This document shows positions 1-13,199 of a stretch of DNA of 64,000 nt, piece after piece. Below the pieces are notes generated by a model. The model was not told where the DNA came from. It worked only from the letters and a program-made list of their open reading frames with translations, and did no database searches. The stretch comes from Haliotis cracherodii (Eukaryota), in the NCBI RefSeq assembly GCF_022045235.1, contig NW_027266330.1, positions 33,790,001 to 33,854,000 of the forward strand, in the 5' to 3' direction. A program made the position numbers and the translations under genes. How positions within the stretch are numbered: position 1 is the first letter of the stretch; the number at the start of each line of letters is the position of its first letter.

Positions 1-42
1 AACATGGGAATTGAAAAAAAACTAAAATATAGTAGTGATTCA

Positions 43-130
43 GTGAGTATGGTTTTACGCTTAAGCAATATTCCAGCAATATCACGGCGGGGTTTACAAA
101 AATGGGCTTCAAACATTATACCCATGTCGG
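43..130 (-). mobile_element. Short tRNA-derived SINE (family C), 3' part, interrupted by a family B element
   Basis: Matches the 28453-28617 element (AATGGGCTTCA..CATT.TACCCATGTCGGGA; GCAATATTCCAGCAATATCACGGCG tail). Confidence 0.7.
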
Positions 131-143
131 GACTGAACTCATG

Positions 144-409
144 TTTGTTTGTTTGTTGTTTAACGCCGCACTCAGCAATATTCCAGCTATATGATGACAG
201 TCTGTAAATAATCGAGTCTGGACCAGACAATCCAGTTATTAATATCATGAGCATCGATCCACGCAATTGGGATCGATGACATGCATCAACCAAGTGAGCG
301 AGCCTGACCACCCAATCCCGTTAGTCGCCTTTTACGACGAGCAGAGTCACCTTTTGCGGCAAGCATGGGTTGCTAAACAACGTATTCTACCCCGGAATCT
401 TCCCGGGTC
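144..409 (-). mobile_element. Short retroposon family B (no tRNA head), full length
   Basis: 5' end GACCCGGGAAGAT, (AAAC)n tail; target duplication GACTGAAC[T/A]CATG at 131-143 and 410-422. Confidence 0.85.
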
Positions 410-610
410 GACTGAACACATGGAAACCGTCACGTGCCTTACCTGGACCAGCTGATGAGCCAGATTATTCGTTGATGTTTATATTTACATTCATTTTATT
501 ATTTGCAGGTTTTCATATATTTCTTGTGTCCCCCACCGTGATATTACTGGAATATTGCTATAAACGGCGCAAAACCATACTCACTCACGAATATTTGCAG
601 ATCAACTTAC

Positions 611-1240
611 GTCCTTTGTCTTACCTGGACCATTCTCCGGACTGTGCTCCACAAACGGAGGATATGTCACATTACTGTCCTTTCCTCCATATTCCTCCAC
701 GTAATACTCCACACTCTGTGTGTTCTGTGTCTGTTGGACACGTTGCTCTGCGGCGGTGCCCGAGTGCACATCCTTCCTTATGCCCCTTACTGCTCTGTTC
801 ACATCCTTCTGGCTGTCTCTGACTGCTGTGTGCACATCCTTCTGGCTGTCTCTGATTGCTGTGTGCACATCCTTCTGGCTTTCGCTTACTGTTGTGTGCA
901 CATCCTTCTGGCTTTCGCTTACTGTTTTGTGCACATCCTTCCTTATGTCTTTTAATGCTGTGTGCACATCCTTCTGACTGTGTCTGACTGCTGTGTGTAC
1001 ATCCTTCTGTCTGTCTATCGCAGCCGTGTGTATATATGTCTGTACATCCGTCTGTTGAATATCACCAATGTGATGTAGTGCATCATCATTGTCATACCTC
1101 CTTTTCACGCCACCTCTATAAAATATTTCATCATGAAATGTTAAAAGGGCGTTTTTCAGAAACGTCCCTGCTGCATATAAAGACACCAGCAGGAAACAGA
1201 TGAATACTGTCTTGGGTGAGGCTCGCAATTGACGCTTCAT
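611..1240 (-). CDS. First coding exon of a type II membrane (Golgi transferase-like) protein with an 11-aa repeat stem
   Basis: MKRQLR basic tail, hydrophobic TVFICFLLVSLYAAGTFL anchor, then (KDVHTAVRDSQ)n encoded by a 33-bp repeat. Candidate donors AG|GTAAGA at 625/624 or C|GTAAGT at 611/610; the gene probably continues off the left edge. Confidence 0.6.
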
Positions 1241-1544
1241 GTTACTCTATAACTATGAAGGATCATCAAGATCAGTATTGAATCACTTATGTGTTGAAAA
1301 CGATCATATATATATACACACATATGTAGTCAACGTTGACAGGCGACCTGGTCTTTGTGTATTTCAACAGCTGTATGAGCAAACATGTGGCAGATGTTCG
1401 CCAAGGGGCTCAGTAAGGCATCATTTGCTGTGGCAAATTGATTTCTTTACCGCGCTCACACTGTGTCTTCGCGTACATAATCAATGCATTACAGCGCACA
1501 TTGATCAGATCATACTAGTCCAAAATATTATATCAAAAGATATA

Positions 1545-3183
1545 CACTGAAAGGCACAAGAAACGTCATGTGGATGTATCAAATAAATATCTTTATTTTC
1601 AAATGCATATTTATGTAAATAAAGACATCGGAGAAAGTCAGTGTTTGACTCACATGAAATTAACAGTGAGGGGAATGTTTTTGCGAATTGTGAATTTGGG
1701 GAGGCACCAAAGACATCACAGCTGGGGGGTTCAAAATCATTACCTGGTGTGGCCACCACGGGCGTTGACTACAGCCACACATCTCCCTTACATGGAGTGG
1801 ACTAGCCTTTTGATGAAGGCCATTTGGATATTGGCCCATATCCTCAGGAACGCTACACGCACTTCTGCTGCAGTTGTCGGCCTTGGATGTCGCCATGATT
1901 TGGATGTTGTGCTGCTGGAGGAAGTCCCTGGTGACTCTGGCAGTGTGGGGGACGGGCGTTGTCTTGCTGAAAGGTGTGGTTTTCATGACAGGCAAAAAAA
2001 AAGGCACGATATGGGGTCTGAGGACTTTGTCAATGTAGCGGAGAGCTGTGATGCCATTACCCCTGCTTAGACCAATATTCTGAAAGACCACAGGTCCCAC
2101 TCTCTGGTTCAGTCCGATTCCACCCCAAACCATGATGCTTGGGCCGCCCCAATGGTCTCGTCCCATAACAAAAGCCTCAGCATAACGTTCGCCCCCTCCT
2201 TCGCAAGACCCTGACTCTGCCATCCAACGTTGAAACACAGTAGCGACTTTCATCAGTGAAGATGATTCTTCTCCATTGCTACTGACGCCAATTTTTATCC
2301 TGCCTGGCCCATTGCAGTCGGGCCTGTCTCAGGATGGGTACACGAGCAGGACGGTGGCACGAGATGTTAGGCAGTTAGGCGACGTCGGACTGTACGATCA
2401 CTGATGGCACGCTGGTGGTTGCCAACGGTTTGCCGAGCTGTTTTAGTGGCCAATCGTAATCGGTTTTGCAGATGTTGGCGTATCATGAACCGATCTTGTC
2501 TGGGAGCAGTGACTCTTGGACGACCACTACACGGTCGGTCGTCGGTGGTGTTGGTGGTGTTGTGGCGATGTTGCGAACAATATATCGTTCTGACGTTGAC
2601 ATTGAATGCATTTGCAACGACCTGTGCACTCTGGCCTGCTTGCAGTCTTCTGATCGCTTTTTGTCTCTCATTTCCTGATAATCTTGGCGTGGCTGATGAA
2701 TCGAAATAACGAAAGCCAGCTTAACAGTTTTGGGTGTCTTTTATACCCATACCATCCACGATATGCACGTGCATCATGTTTTTGACAAGACTTTTCCGCA
2801 ACTGAGTCCCATTGCACTTTTGTTGGCTGTGTTTGGGCAAAGCACTCCATTTTAAACTCAATTGTAAAATGTACTTTAAGGTTGGTTGGTTGATTAATAT
2901 CATGAACATCAATCCATGCAATTGGGATCGATGACGTTCATCAACCAAGTCAGCGAGCCTGACCACCCGATCCCGTTGGTCGCCTTTTACGACAGGTATA
3001 GTCGCCTTTTACGGCAGGCATGGGTTGATGAAGACCTATTCTACCCCGGAATCTTCACGGGTCGGACTTTAAGGCAACAAAAAGAAGCAGTAGAACGATG
3101 AATGAGTTTATTGACCACAGAACATGTAACTGCCAGTGTCTGTTAAGTAATTTCAGAAGTGACGTTTCTTTTGCCTTTCAGTG
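1545..3183 (-). mobile_element. Decayed Tc1/mariner DNA transposon
   Basis: TIRs CACTGAAAGGCACAAGAAACGTCA (1545-1568) and TGACGTTTCTTTTGCCTTTCAGTG (3160-3183) flanked by TA. Frameshifted transposase with PRLSGNERQKAI HTH start, IIFTDESR, GGPSIMVWGGI and FQQDNARPH motifs. Confidence 0.9.
2881..3063 (-). mobile_element. Family B retroposon nested in the Tc1 element
   Basis: Same 5' end GACCCGTGAAGAT; ACTTTAAGG on both flanks; internal deletion near the tail. Confidence 0.8.
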
Positions 3184-3309
3184 TACGATGGCACAGGTGG
3201 ATGAAGAACTTTGAATCTTGAATCTGCGCAAGAAAATGGAAATTGATTGCATATGATTTCTTTGGAGACGCCTGAAAGTCGGGCCGGGCCAAAGTTTTAT
3301 TCGCTTATT

Positions 3310-3510
3310 ACTCCACGGTCTAGTGGTGTATAGCTAGTGGAGAGAGAAGGTTCGAGGTACGCTCCCCGGTCGTGTCATACCAAAAGACGTTGAAAGATGG
3401 TACTTGTCATTCCCTACCTAGCGCTCAACATGAAGGGGCTAAAACATGGACTGGTCGGCTCGGGGTGAGTATACTTTGTCTGAGTGGTGTATTAATGTTA
3501 AACGATCACG
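3310..3510 (+). mobile_element. tRNA-derived SINE family D (Meta-domain-like), degenerate
   Basis: GGTCTAGTGG A box, then GTCATACCAAAAGACGTTGAAAGATGGTACTTG core; homologous to 61493-61840. Confidence 0.65.
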
Positions 3511-3605
3511 GAGGCAGTCTACAGGTTCATAGACAGGTATAGGTATATATACAAAATACAGATACCTCTTTGGTGGCAAGATCACAATAACATTTTAATT
3601 TGGTT

Positions 3606-3880
3606 TGAGTGAGTTTAGTTTCACGCCGCTTTTAACAGTTTTCCAGTTATATCACGGCGTGTCAGCTTAATGTGGGAGGAAAGCCCGAAGTGATGCAGGT
3701 CTCAGACGTTTACCACTTCGGTGAAACCCACGAGCACGGGTATGGTGCTGACAAACCTAGAAACATAATCGGGGCAAACCGGGATTCGAACCCACAATCA
3801 TAGGTTTCTGGCGTGCCCAAGGGACGCAACTCTGCACAGCGAATCGCGGCGCCTTAGACGACTGGGCCACCCGTGCCCCC
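3606..3880 (-). mobile_element. tRNA-derived SINE family A, full length
   Basis: A box GTGGCCCAGTCGTCTAAGGCG, B box GGGTTCGAATCCC, TTTCCTCCCACA core, (TCAC)n tail; TAATTTGGTTTGA duplicated at 3596-3608 and 3881-3893. Confidence 0.9.
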
Positions 3881-4289
3881 TAATTTGGTTTGACTGTATG
3901 TGTGGGTTGTGTGCTGGAGAAAGGCCTGACAAGTGTGGTTGAACTGTAAGTGATTATGAGAGTGAAGTTATGTAAGCTGGTTAAAGTGAGTTGACAGGCT
4001 TGCATGCTTTGCTTGATTTGCTCATGTAACCATCATGCAATATGGGCAATCTGAATCATTATTCTGGGCAGTCACCGAAGAAACGTTGACCAGGTTGGGC
4101 TGTGTGTCGTGGTTTGACCCTGGGGTATGAGTGATGTCCCTAGCTTTGGTGGCGTGAGTGTTATACTTTCATTGATTATATTGGTTGTACGTATTGTCAA
4201 TTTGCAAATATATGCAGTATGGCATTTACGATTTGGAAGTTACATGATTGTGTATACATTATGAATATACATTATGAATATACATAATA

Positions 4290-5843
4290 TACTCAACAAC
4301 AAAAGTTCCTGTGACACCAATATTATAGTGTATTTTTCAAACCAGTTTGGTGTTTATGGCAACGTTGGCAACAGACGAATGCAGTCAGAGACCATCCTCG
4401 GAGTGGCACGCCACGCGTAACCAATAATCGACAAGACGACTGGATTCGAACAACACACCTACGAAATCGATTCCAGCCAGCAACAGTGACTGCAAGAAGT
4501 ATCCCTGGCCTTCGACGAATATCTTCACAAATCGTACGTCGTCGCCTCAGATGTGCAGACATTGTCGCCAGAAGACCAACCAGACGTCCCAGTTTGACAG
4601 GAAACCACCGTCAAGCACGTCTACAGTGGTGCAGACGGCGTCTACGCTGGACGGCCATGCAGTAGGGACAATTTCTATTCATCGACGAGTCTCGTTTTCA
4701 CCTCAGCCACAGCGATGGACGGATTCGAGTGTACCGCCGTCGAGGTGAACGTTACGTCAATCATTGTGTCATGGAAAGAGATCGGTTCGGGGGCGGCAGC
4801 GTTATGGTATGGGGTGGGATTACAGCAAGACAGAACCCCTTTGATAATGGTAGAGGGAAATCTCAATGGACAGCGCTACCGCGACGAGATCGTCGGCCCA
4901 CTGTTCTACCGTTTTTGCGTCGTCATGGCCCAGGCATTACCTTTCAACACGACAACACCTGGCCTCGTATTGCTCCACTTGTTCAGGATTCTCTTCAACA
5001 AAACAATGTCACAGGAACGTTTGTTGTTCAGTATATAATATGCTTGAGCAATGCATAGTGTTACCTGATAGGTTCAGTGGGTGTTTTCAAGGTATTTCTT
5101 CTGTCGGATTCGAGTGTACCGACGTCGAGGTGAACGTTACGTCAATCATTGTGTCATGGAAGAAGATCGGTTCAGGGGCGGCAGCACTGTAGACGTGCTT
5201 GTCGTCTGGCGGATCTTCTGGCGACAATCTCTGCACATCTGAGGCTACGTACGATTTGTGAAGATATTCGTCAAAGGCCAGGGATACTTCTTGCAGTCAC
5301 TGTTGCTGGCTGGAATCGATTTCGTAAGTGTGTTGTTCGAATCCAGTCGTCTTGTCGATTATTGGTTACGCGTGGCGTGCCACTCCGAGGATGGTCTCTG
5401 ACTGCATTCGTCTGTTGCCAACGTTGCCATAAACACCAAATGGTGTTTCTGTGGACGTTAAATTGTCTTGCAACATCACGTTGACTCGATCCTGCTTCAA
5501 GCATACCAATGACTCGCAGACGCTCATTTCCTGGTATGCGTGGCATTTCGTAATGTTGAATAATTGGCTAATTGTTTTTCTGAGTGGTGGTTGTCAGCAC
5601 GATTCTAAACAATGCATATGGAATCCCGTTAACGCACATGTTTTTTTTACACCCATTCTTGGGTAGTGAAATGTATGGGGGCTTGCCTTAAAGTCAACTT
5701 TTGCATGGAATGCATGCTTTTCTGTACCAATTCCGTTTTTGTGACTTGTTTCCATTCATGTACTACAATATTGAAAACCAAACTTTACCTGTTTGAAAAA
5801 TACATTAAAATAGTGGTGTCACAGGAACTTTTGTTGTTGAGTA
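4290..5843. mobile_element. Rearranged Tc1 element: two partial copies in inverted orientation
   Basis: 30-bp TIR TACTCAACAACAAAAGTTCCTGTGACACCA at 4290-4319, its complement at 5814-5843, TA flanks. Plus-strand transposase fragments (FLFIDESRF, GGGSVMVWGGI, FQHDN); minus-strand N-terminus MPRIPGNERL at 5546-5271; extra TIR-like end near 5007-5034. Confidence 0.88.
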
Positions 5844-6291
5844 TACATTTATTAAAACTTGTATAACGCACACTAGCTGTTGTACATTTAATGGTATTTT
5901 TAACACTTATGAGCTCTCTGTGCTATTAATTTCAACAGAGATAAGGCAATATGCGGGAATTTTGGCACGAAAGGGAACAGCGTTATCCAAGGTCATGGTC
6001 ACCTCTGCAGACCCAGAGAAATATCTCAAAACAGGCGGACCAAAGAAGAACTAATGACCTTGGTGGAGGTGAAATTGCAACATGTGCAGGTATAAAACGT
6101 GTGCGCTTGATAATATATATAGGTTAACCTATGAACATAGGATTATTACTACCTTTGGTATTCTTTGGTATGTATTGCATTTATATTTTTATGGGTATAT
6201 TAATATAGTAGTGTTTCAGGCTGATGACATGCGTCGTCAATTGAGGACTATACGCTACACTACAAAGACCCAAATTGTTGTCTTTCATAAA

Positions 6292-6435
6292 GAGCATGAG
6301 CATCGATCCATGCAATTGGGATCGATGACATGCATCAATCAAGTCAGCGAGCCTGACCACCCGATCCCGTTAGTCGACTTTTACGACAAGCATGGGTTGC
6401 TGAAGACCTATTCTACCCCGGAATCTTCACGGGTC
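6292..6435 (-). mobile_element. Family B retroposon, 5' half
   Basis: Ends at GAATCTTCACGGGTC, the shared 5' terminus. Confidence 0.8.
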
Positions 6436-8559
6436 TCGTAATGAGGGTAAACACCTACTTTTTGATTAATTAGTTACCATTTTAATCAAAGTAAGTTTCT
6501 GCTTTGAAAAACTTTTGGCCCTGTCCTTCGGGTCATCAATGAATGAAGGCTTGTCCTCTTGGACCCGTGCGGTACCTTTTTGTTTTGGAGGACGTCTTCA
6601 GGATACTTAAAGCTTGCTGTCTTTTCCCACGTTGCTCTCTTACTTTTAGCTTTCATCTGTACATTACTTTCCTTTTAAAGTAATAAACAATGTTGTATCA
6701 TCAATGTGTCAAAAATCCAAATTTAATATAGATTCAGCTTGATAATGACATTGTAATACATCTATTTATGTAAATCAATGTTTTCCCATGCAATTCGGTG
6801 ATTTTACATCTTTAAGCCATGACATGAGTGCATTGTTTACTCCCTTGTCAATGTACTCGAATTGTGTCCCTTTCGGTTCACCATGGTTTCTTGCGAAATC
6901 TGAAGGTTACATAACCAAATGTTTTCAACAGTAACGTTATATTTTTGTAACAATTAGAAGGCATCAAAAGTCATTACTTATACATGCAGAGTCTGGCCTT
7001 AGAGCTGAAATGAAAACACAAATTTTGGCTAGGTTAGCCAGCTCCTTTTCCGAGTACAGTGAGTGAGTGAGTGAGTTAAATTTTAAGTCACATCGGCAAT
7101 GTTTCAGCCATATCGTGACTATCAATAACTAAACATTATACATATATTTAAACTGATTTAAAAACTGAACGAAGGACAGTAAAATAACTAGATTTATCAC
7201 AGAAAAAAGTTATAAAACTAGTAAGGAATTATAAAAGAGCATAGCACAATACATGACGATACCTTTCCGAGTACAGGAAGCTGAACACACCAACCCCAGT
7301 TTATTTTAAATTTAGTGTAGTGTTCTGATTTAGTGTAGTAGAACCTGTAGACACAATTGTCTAACATGGCACTGGGCAAATTTGTGATGCATTTATTGTA
7401 AATATATGTAGCTTCTTAGAAACAAATGGAAATAGGTTCAAGTTTAATACTTTTTGTCCTGTCGTGACATGTCCATATGACACCAATATACACATATCTG
7501 ATGTACCAAAAGAGCTGTGTTGAATTATTTAGATTTTGACAACTTATAACAAAATGCATTTCTGGATTAATAACGAACTTTCTACGATCGTACACAGGCC
7601 TTTATTGGTCATGTCATGGTCAAGGAGGGACTCACAGGTCAATTCCATGATTGGCAGACGCTGCTTCGAACATATCACCCTAAAAGTATCTTTTCGAACC
7701 TGAATGACAGACAATGCTGGGAAATTCAAAACATATTAGGCCTTCATGTTTTAATTTAATTAATGGTGAATTTGCAGACCTGTGTTGACAACTGAGTCTG
7801 ATACATAACATGGAATTTGTGAGACTAATGAGCTTAAGTCCTACAAGAGGCTGTACTCAGTGAGCTTGTTGGAACTGATACCCCTACATCGTATACATAG
7901 GCAAATATGATATTTTAAACTATGGGAGGGCAAGAACCAATGTTGATGTTTATATTCCATAGACAAATGCATAGTGTCAGCATCTTGGACCTACACTTGA
8001 AACATGGGGAGACATCGAAAGAATTTGAAAACATCCTTTAAAGCGGGACAAAGCTTGGAAATCACATGAAAAGCGACAAAAACTGTCAAGTTGACAACTG
8101 AGCTCTACAAGAAAGTGCATGTGCAGTGTACGGGTGACTGGTGTCCAGCAAGATCAAACACTAAGAAGTGATCCGTACGTACCGTCTTTAAGGCCAAGGA
8201 AGGAAAACCTGAAATAAGTGAAATGTATAAAACACTTAAATCTATATATTCCTTTGGCCCAGATTTTGAAATACTTGCAGGGAATAAAAAATGCTCACTG
8301 TTAAATGATATAGTTGGATAAACTTACCAAGTTCAAGTATTTGTCCTTTAATGAGGCCACTTCATAAACTTTCAGTTTTTTATGGACAAGGTTCAGTTAT
8401 TAGGCATCAAATTCACATACATAATAAACTTTTTTAAAAGTGTTGTTACACAGTTGATCCACCAGGGGAGATAATTCAGAAATGTAGAACACTGCCACAA
8501 ACTTGAAAGGCTTATTAAGAAGTTTCTACAGAAGTTAATGGTTTTTTTTTTTTTTTGCA

Positions 8560-10150
8560 GGGCTGATGCTTACCACTTGTTGCATGTTGGGGAGACTGAC
8601 AAATTGTACAACGAGGCATTCCGTGAGCACGCCAAGACTTCGCCAATGTGTAAGGGTGACATTGTCGTGGACAATGAACAGCAGTGGGGACTTAACTGGA
8701 CAGAGAGTTAAATGTACTGTCTCTACCTACCTGTCAGATGACCGTAGAGGGTGGTGAGGTGAGAAGAGAAGGGGACGTCGATCATCTACTACCAATACTG
8801 GACTACAGATAGGCCTCACAAAATGTCCTATTGGAAGTGAGAGTTTCCGTGTCCAGTGCATGAGCGCCGATAAACCTCCACCATCCCATCCAGGCATGCA
8901 AACAGTTTGCGATGACATCAAATCTCAGAACACAAAGGACATGAGAGCCAGGAGGGTGGAAATGAGGGAAATAAATAAATACAGGGGAACAAATTTGAAT
9001 AACATCAACTGATGCAATGAACAACAGTCCACTGTGTTCAGGGGTTGGGAAAACCCCTTTTCAGCCAGCAACTCAAGTAACCAAATTTTGGCTTTAAACA
9101 CTAAAATCAACTTTGTTCAAAGCAGTTGTGTTGCAATATTTCTGGTGTAAACAACCCAGACTACACATCTGATTTGCACATGTCAGAATCAATTGGAAAT
9201 GAAAAACAGTTAGCTGTAGAGTGTTTCAGGCACTTAAGGAAAGACCAAATCGAGGTAGAACAGATGCTGACAGTGCAGCTCATAGCTCACTGAAATGTGA
9301 AATGGATGTTTCGCCACAAACCTTTCTCGATACGCGGCATCTCTCGGCCAGCCATAGAAAGTTTATTAAGAATTATATATTTGTTGTGGATATGATGCCT
9401 GCTAGAGGCAAACAAGACAAACAAAATCTGGCAAATACATTTTCTTCAGACTTCGCAGCTGAGTTTTCAGCTGCTTACTCAAGTCATGCAGGTGACCTAC
9501 CAAGGTTGAAGAAAACTATCATACTTCTGATGGTATTGCAAAATGTTACACGGGGGAAATCACAGAAAACGCAGAGATTTGCAAGGGGCAGAAGCAAAAT
9601 TGGTAATTGCACAGTAAATATGAAACTTTCAATATTTGAGAAGATGCACTAACTTTCGTCTCGACCCTAAAAAATGGTCGAAAAGACCTTGTTCAACCTC
9701 AATAGTCAAAAGTGTGAAGCAACAAACAAGGCAATGTGCCGGTCATTACCTCGTGATACAACCTTTGCTCGTAACTTTCATGGTGGAGCTCACAGTGCTG
9801 CTCATAGCGTCAACTGCCCGAGTCCGGTCAAGTAAATTCGCAAACTTCGAATTGGGTGTGCTGTCACTGCAGAAGGAAAAATAGATGAGATTAGCAAAAG
9901 CCATAATAAAGAACTTAAGCTAAAACATACAAGAAATTCTAGAAAAGTAATATAGGGAACGTCGTCGAAGGAAAAAGCTAGAATTATTCAAACTCCATTG
10001 TAAAAAAAGTTATTCGAAAAACATTGAAAAAATGAAAAGTCATATTTGAGAAATTTACACCAAAAAGAGGATCATCAATACACAAAAATGACCCCAAACA
10101 GAACGATCTAATGGCTAAATACATTACTTTAACCAAACAGCAGGGTTTAT
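8560..10150 (+). pseudogene. Decayed Mutator-like (MULE-type) transposase, copy 1
   Basis: Broken frames give EQQWGL, TDADSAA, LDTRHL (DxxH) and CEATNKAM..SLPRD.TFARNF.G.AHSA.HSVN, consistent with a MULE DDE core; recognised by eye only. Confidence 0.5.
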
Positions 10151-10520
10151 GACTGTTGGTACACAAGCCCTTTTGTCGGCAGTGCAGTGTCTCCATGTTA
10201 ATTTCATGGGACTCTACAGTCAAATGGTCAACCTTCGCAAAATAATTGTTGTGAAAGAGGTGCCAAAGTTGTCAATTTTGCCAAAACCATCTGGAAGGCA
10301 TTTGTGCTCAATCCAGAGTGCACCTTGAATGGCCACAAAGAAACGACCATAGTCCTGCTTATCAAGGCAGCCAAACAATTTCTTGCAACCCCATGTTTAA
10401 CTTGCCTCTACAATTATTCCAAAGGGTCTATGGAAATAAATATAAAGGAAAACATAAATTAGGAAACGCTGAAATATACACTTACCCTACAGGTTACACA
10501 CAACCAAATGTTTTCCGATA

Positions 10521-10650
10521 GTGAGTGAGTGAGTTGGGTTTAACGCCGCTTTTAACAGTATTCCAGTTATATCACGGCGTGTCAGCTTAATGTGGGAGGA
10601 AAGCCCGAAGTGATGCAGGTCTCAGACGTTTACCACTTCGGTGAAACCCA
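10521..10650 (-). mobile_element. Family A SINE truncated at the duplication junction
   Basis: Nearly identical to the 3' half of 13200-13476, cut at GAAACCCA. Confidence 0.85.
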
Positions 10651-11209
10651 TCGAAAGAATTGGAAAACATCTTTTAATGCGGGGCAAAGCAGCTTTAAAG
10701 TGACAGAAACTGTCAAGTTGACAACTGAGCACCACAAGAAAGTGTACATGTGCAGTGTACGGGCGACTGGTGTCCAGCAAGATCAAACACTAAGAAGTGA
10801 TCCGTACGTACCGTCTGTTTAGGCCAAGGAAGGAAAACCCGAAATAAAAAAGTGAAATGTATAAAACACTTCAATACATTTATTCCTTTGGCCCAGATTT
10901 TTTAAATACTTACAGGGAATAAAAAAATGCTCACTGTTAAATGATATAGGTGGATAAACTTACCAAGATGAAGTATTTGTCCTTTAATGAGGCCACTTCA
11001 TAAACTTTCAGTTATTAGGCATCAAATTCAAATGCATAATATTTAAACAAAAGTGTTGTTACACCCTAATGAAGGGCTTGAGGGGGATAGTAATAGAACA
11101 TGCAGTTGATCCGCCAGGGGAGTTAATACAGAAATGTCTAACACTGCCACAAACTTGAAAGGCTTATTAAGAAGTTTCTACAGAAGCCAATGGGTGTTAT
11201 TTTTATCTG

Positions 11210-12780
11210 CAGGGCTGCTGCTGATGCTTACCACTTGTTGCATGTTGGGGAGACTGACAAATTGTACAACGAGGCATTCCGTGAGCACGCCAAGACTTCG
11301 CCAATGTGTAAGGGTGACATTGTCATGGACAATGAACAGCAGTGGGGACTTAACTGGACAGAGTTAAATGCACTGACTGTCCCTACCTGTCAGATTACCG
11401 TAAACTGTACAAGGAGGTAGCGGGTGGTGAGAAGAGAAGGGGACGTCGATCATCTACTGCCAATACTGGACTACAGATAGGCCACTAAAAATGTCATATT
11501 GGAAGTAAGTTTCCGTGTCCAGTGCATGAGCGCCGATAAACCTCCACCATCCCATCCAAACAGTTTGCGATGACATCAAATCTCAGAACTCAAAGGACAG
11601 AGTGGAAATGAGGGAAATAAATAAATACAGGGGAACAAATTTAAATAACAATTGATGCAATGAACAACAGTCCACTGTGTTCAGGGGTTGGGAAAACCCC
11701 TTTTCAGCCAACATCTCAAGTGACCAAATTTTGGCCTTTAAACATAAAAAATGACTTTGTTCAAAGCAGTTTTTTTGCAATATTTCTTGCGTAAACAACC
11801 GAGACTGCACAATCTGATTTGCACATGTCAAAATCAATTGGAAATGAAAAACAGTTAGCTGTAGAGTTTTTCAGGGACTTAAGGAAAGACCAAATCGAGG
11901 TAGAACAGATGCTGACAGTGCAGCTCACAGAAATGTAATGCTATGATGCAGGTGAAATGGATGTTTCCCCACAAACCTTTCTCAATACGCGGCATCTCTC
12001 GGGCAGCCATAGAAAGTTTATTAAAAATTATAATTTTATTGTGGATATGATGCCAAGACAAACCAAATCGGGCAAATACATTTTCTTCAGACTTCGCAGC
12101 TGAGTTTTCAGCTGCTTACTCAAGTCATGCAGGTGACCTACCAAGGTTGAAGAAAACTATCATACTTCTGATGCTAGTGCAAAATGTTACACGGGGGAAT
12201 CACAGAAAACGCAGAGATTTGCAAGGGGCAGAAGCAAAATTGGTAATTGCACAGTAAATATGAAACTTTCAATATTTGAGAAGATGCACTGACTTTCGTC
12301 TCGACCCTAAATAATGGTCGAAAAGACCTTGTTCAACCTCAGTAGTCAAAAGTGTGAAGCAACAAACAAGGCAATGTACCGGTCATTACCTCGTGATAAA
12401 ACCTTTGCTCGTAACTTCCAAGGTAGAGCCCACAGTGCTGTTCATAGCGTCAACTGCCAGAGTCCGGTCAAGTAAATTCGCAAACTTCGAATTGGGTGTG
12501 CTGTCACTGCAGAAGGAAAAATAGATGAGATTAGCAAAAGCCATAATAAAGAACTTGAGCTAAAACATACAAGAAATTCCAGAAAAGTAAGGACCGTCGA
12601 AGGAAAAAGCTAGAATTATTCAAACTCCATTGTAAAAAAAGTTATTCGAAAGACATGTTATTGAAAAAAAAAAAAGATCATATTTGACAAATTTACACCA
12701 AAAAGAGGATCATCCATACACAAAAATGACCCCAAACAGAACGATCTGATGATTAAATACATTACTTACACCAAACAGTA
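11210..12780 (+). pseudogene. Decayed Mutator-like transposase, copy 2
   Basis: Duplicate of 8560-10150; QKCEATNKAMYRSLPRDKTFARNFQGRAHSAVHSVNC is readable near 12348-12458. Confidence 0.5.
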
Positions 12781-13199
12781 GGGTTTATGACTGTTGGTAC
12801 ACAAGCCCTGTTGTCGGCAGTGCAGTGTCTCCATGTTAATTTCATGGGACTCTACAGTCAAATGGTCAACCTTCGCAAAATAATTGTTGTGACAGAGGTG
12901 CCAAAGTTGTCAATTTTGCCAAAACCATCTGGAAGGCATTTGTGCTCAATCCAGAGTGCTACACTCCTGTCCGCACCTTGAATGGCCACAAAGAAACGAC
13001 CATAGTCCTGCTTATCAAGGCAGCCAAACAATTTCTTGCAACCCCATGTTTAACTTGCCTCACTCATTTTGACTTCAAATTTGCCTCTACAATTATTCCA
13101 AAGGGTCTATGGAAATAAATATACAGGAAAATATAAATTAGGAAACGCTGAAATATACACTTACCCTACAGGTTACACACAACCAAATGTTTTCCGATA

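Noticed and set aside
267-455. Recurrent short ORFs 'MTCINQVSEPDHPIPLVAFYD'
   Set aside because: Antisense translation of family B retroposon copies.
6229-6290. MRRQLR start resembling MKRQLR of the 1240 gene
   Set aside because: Similarity is limited to six residues, there is no TM segment, and the frame runs into a retroposon.
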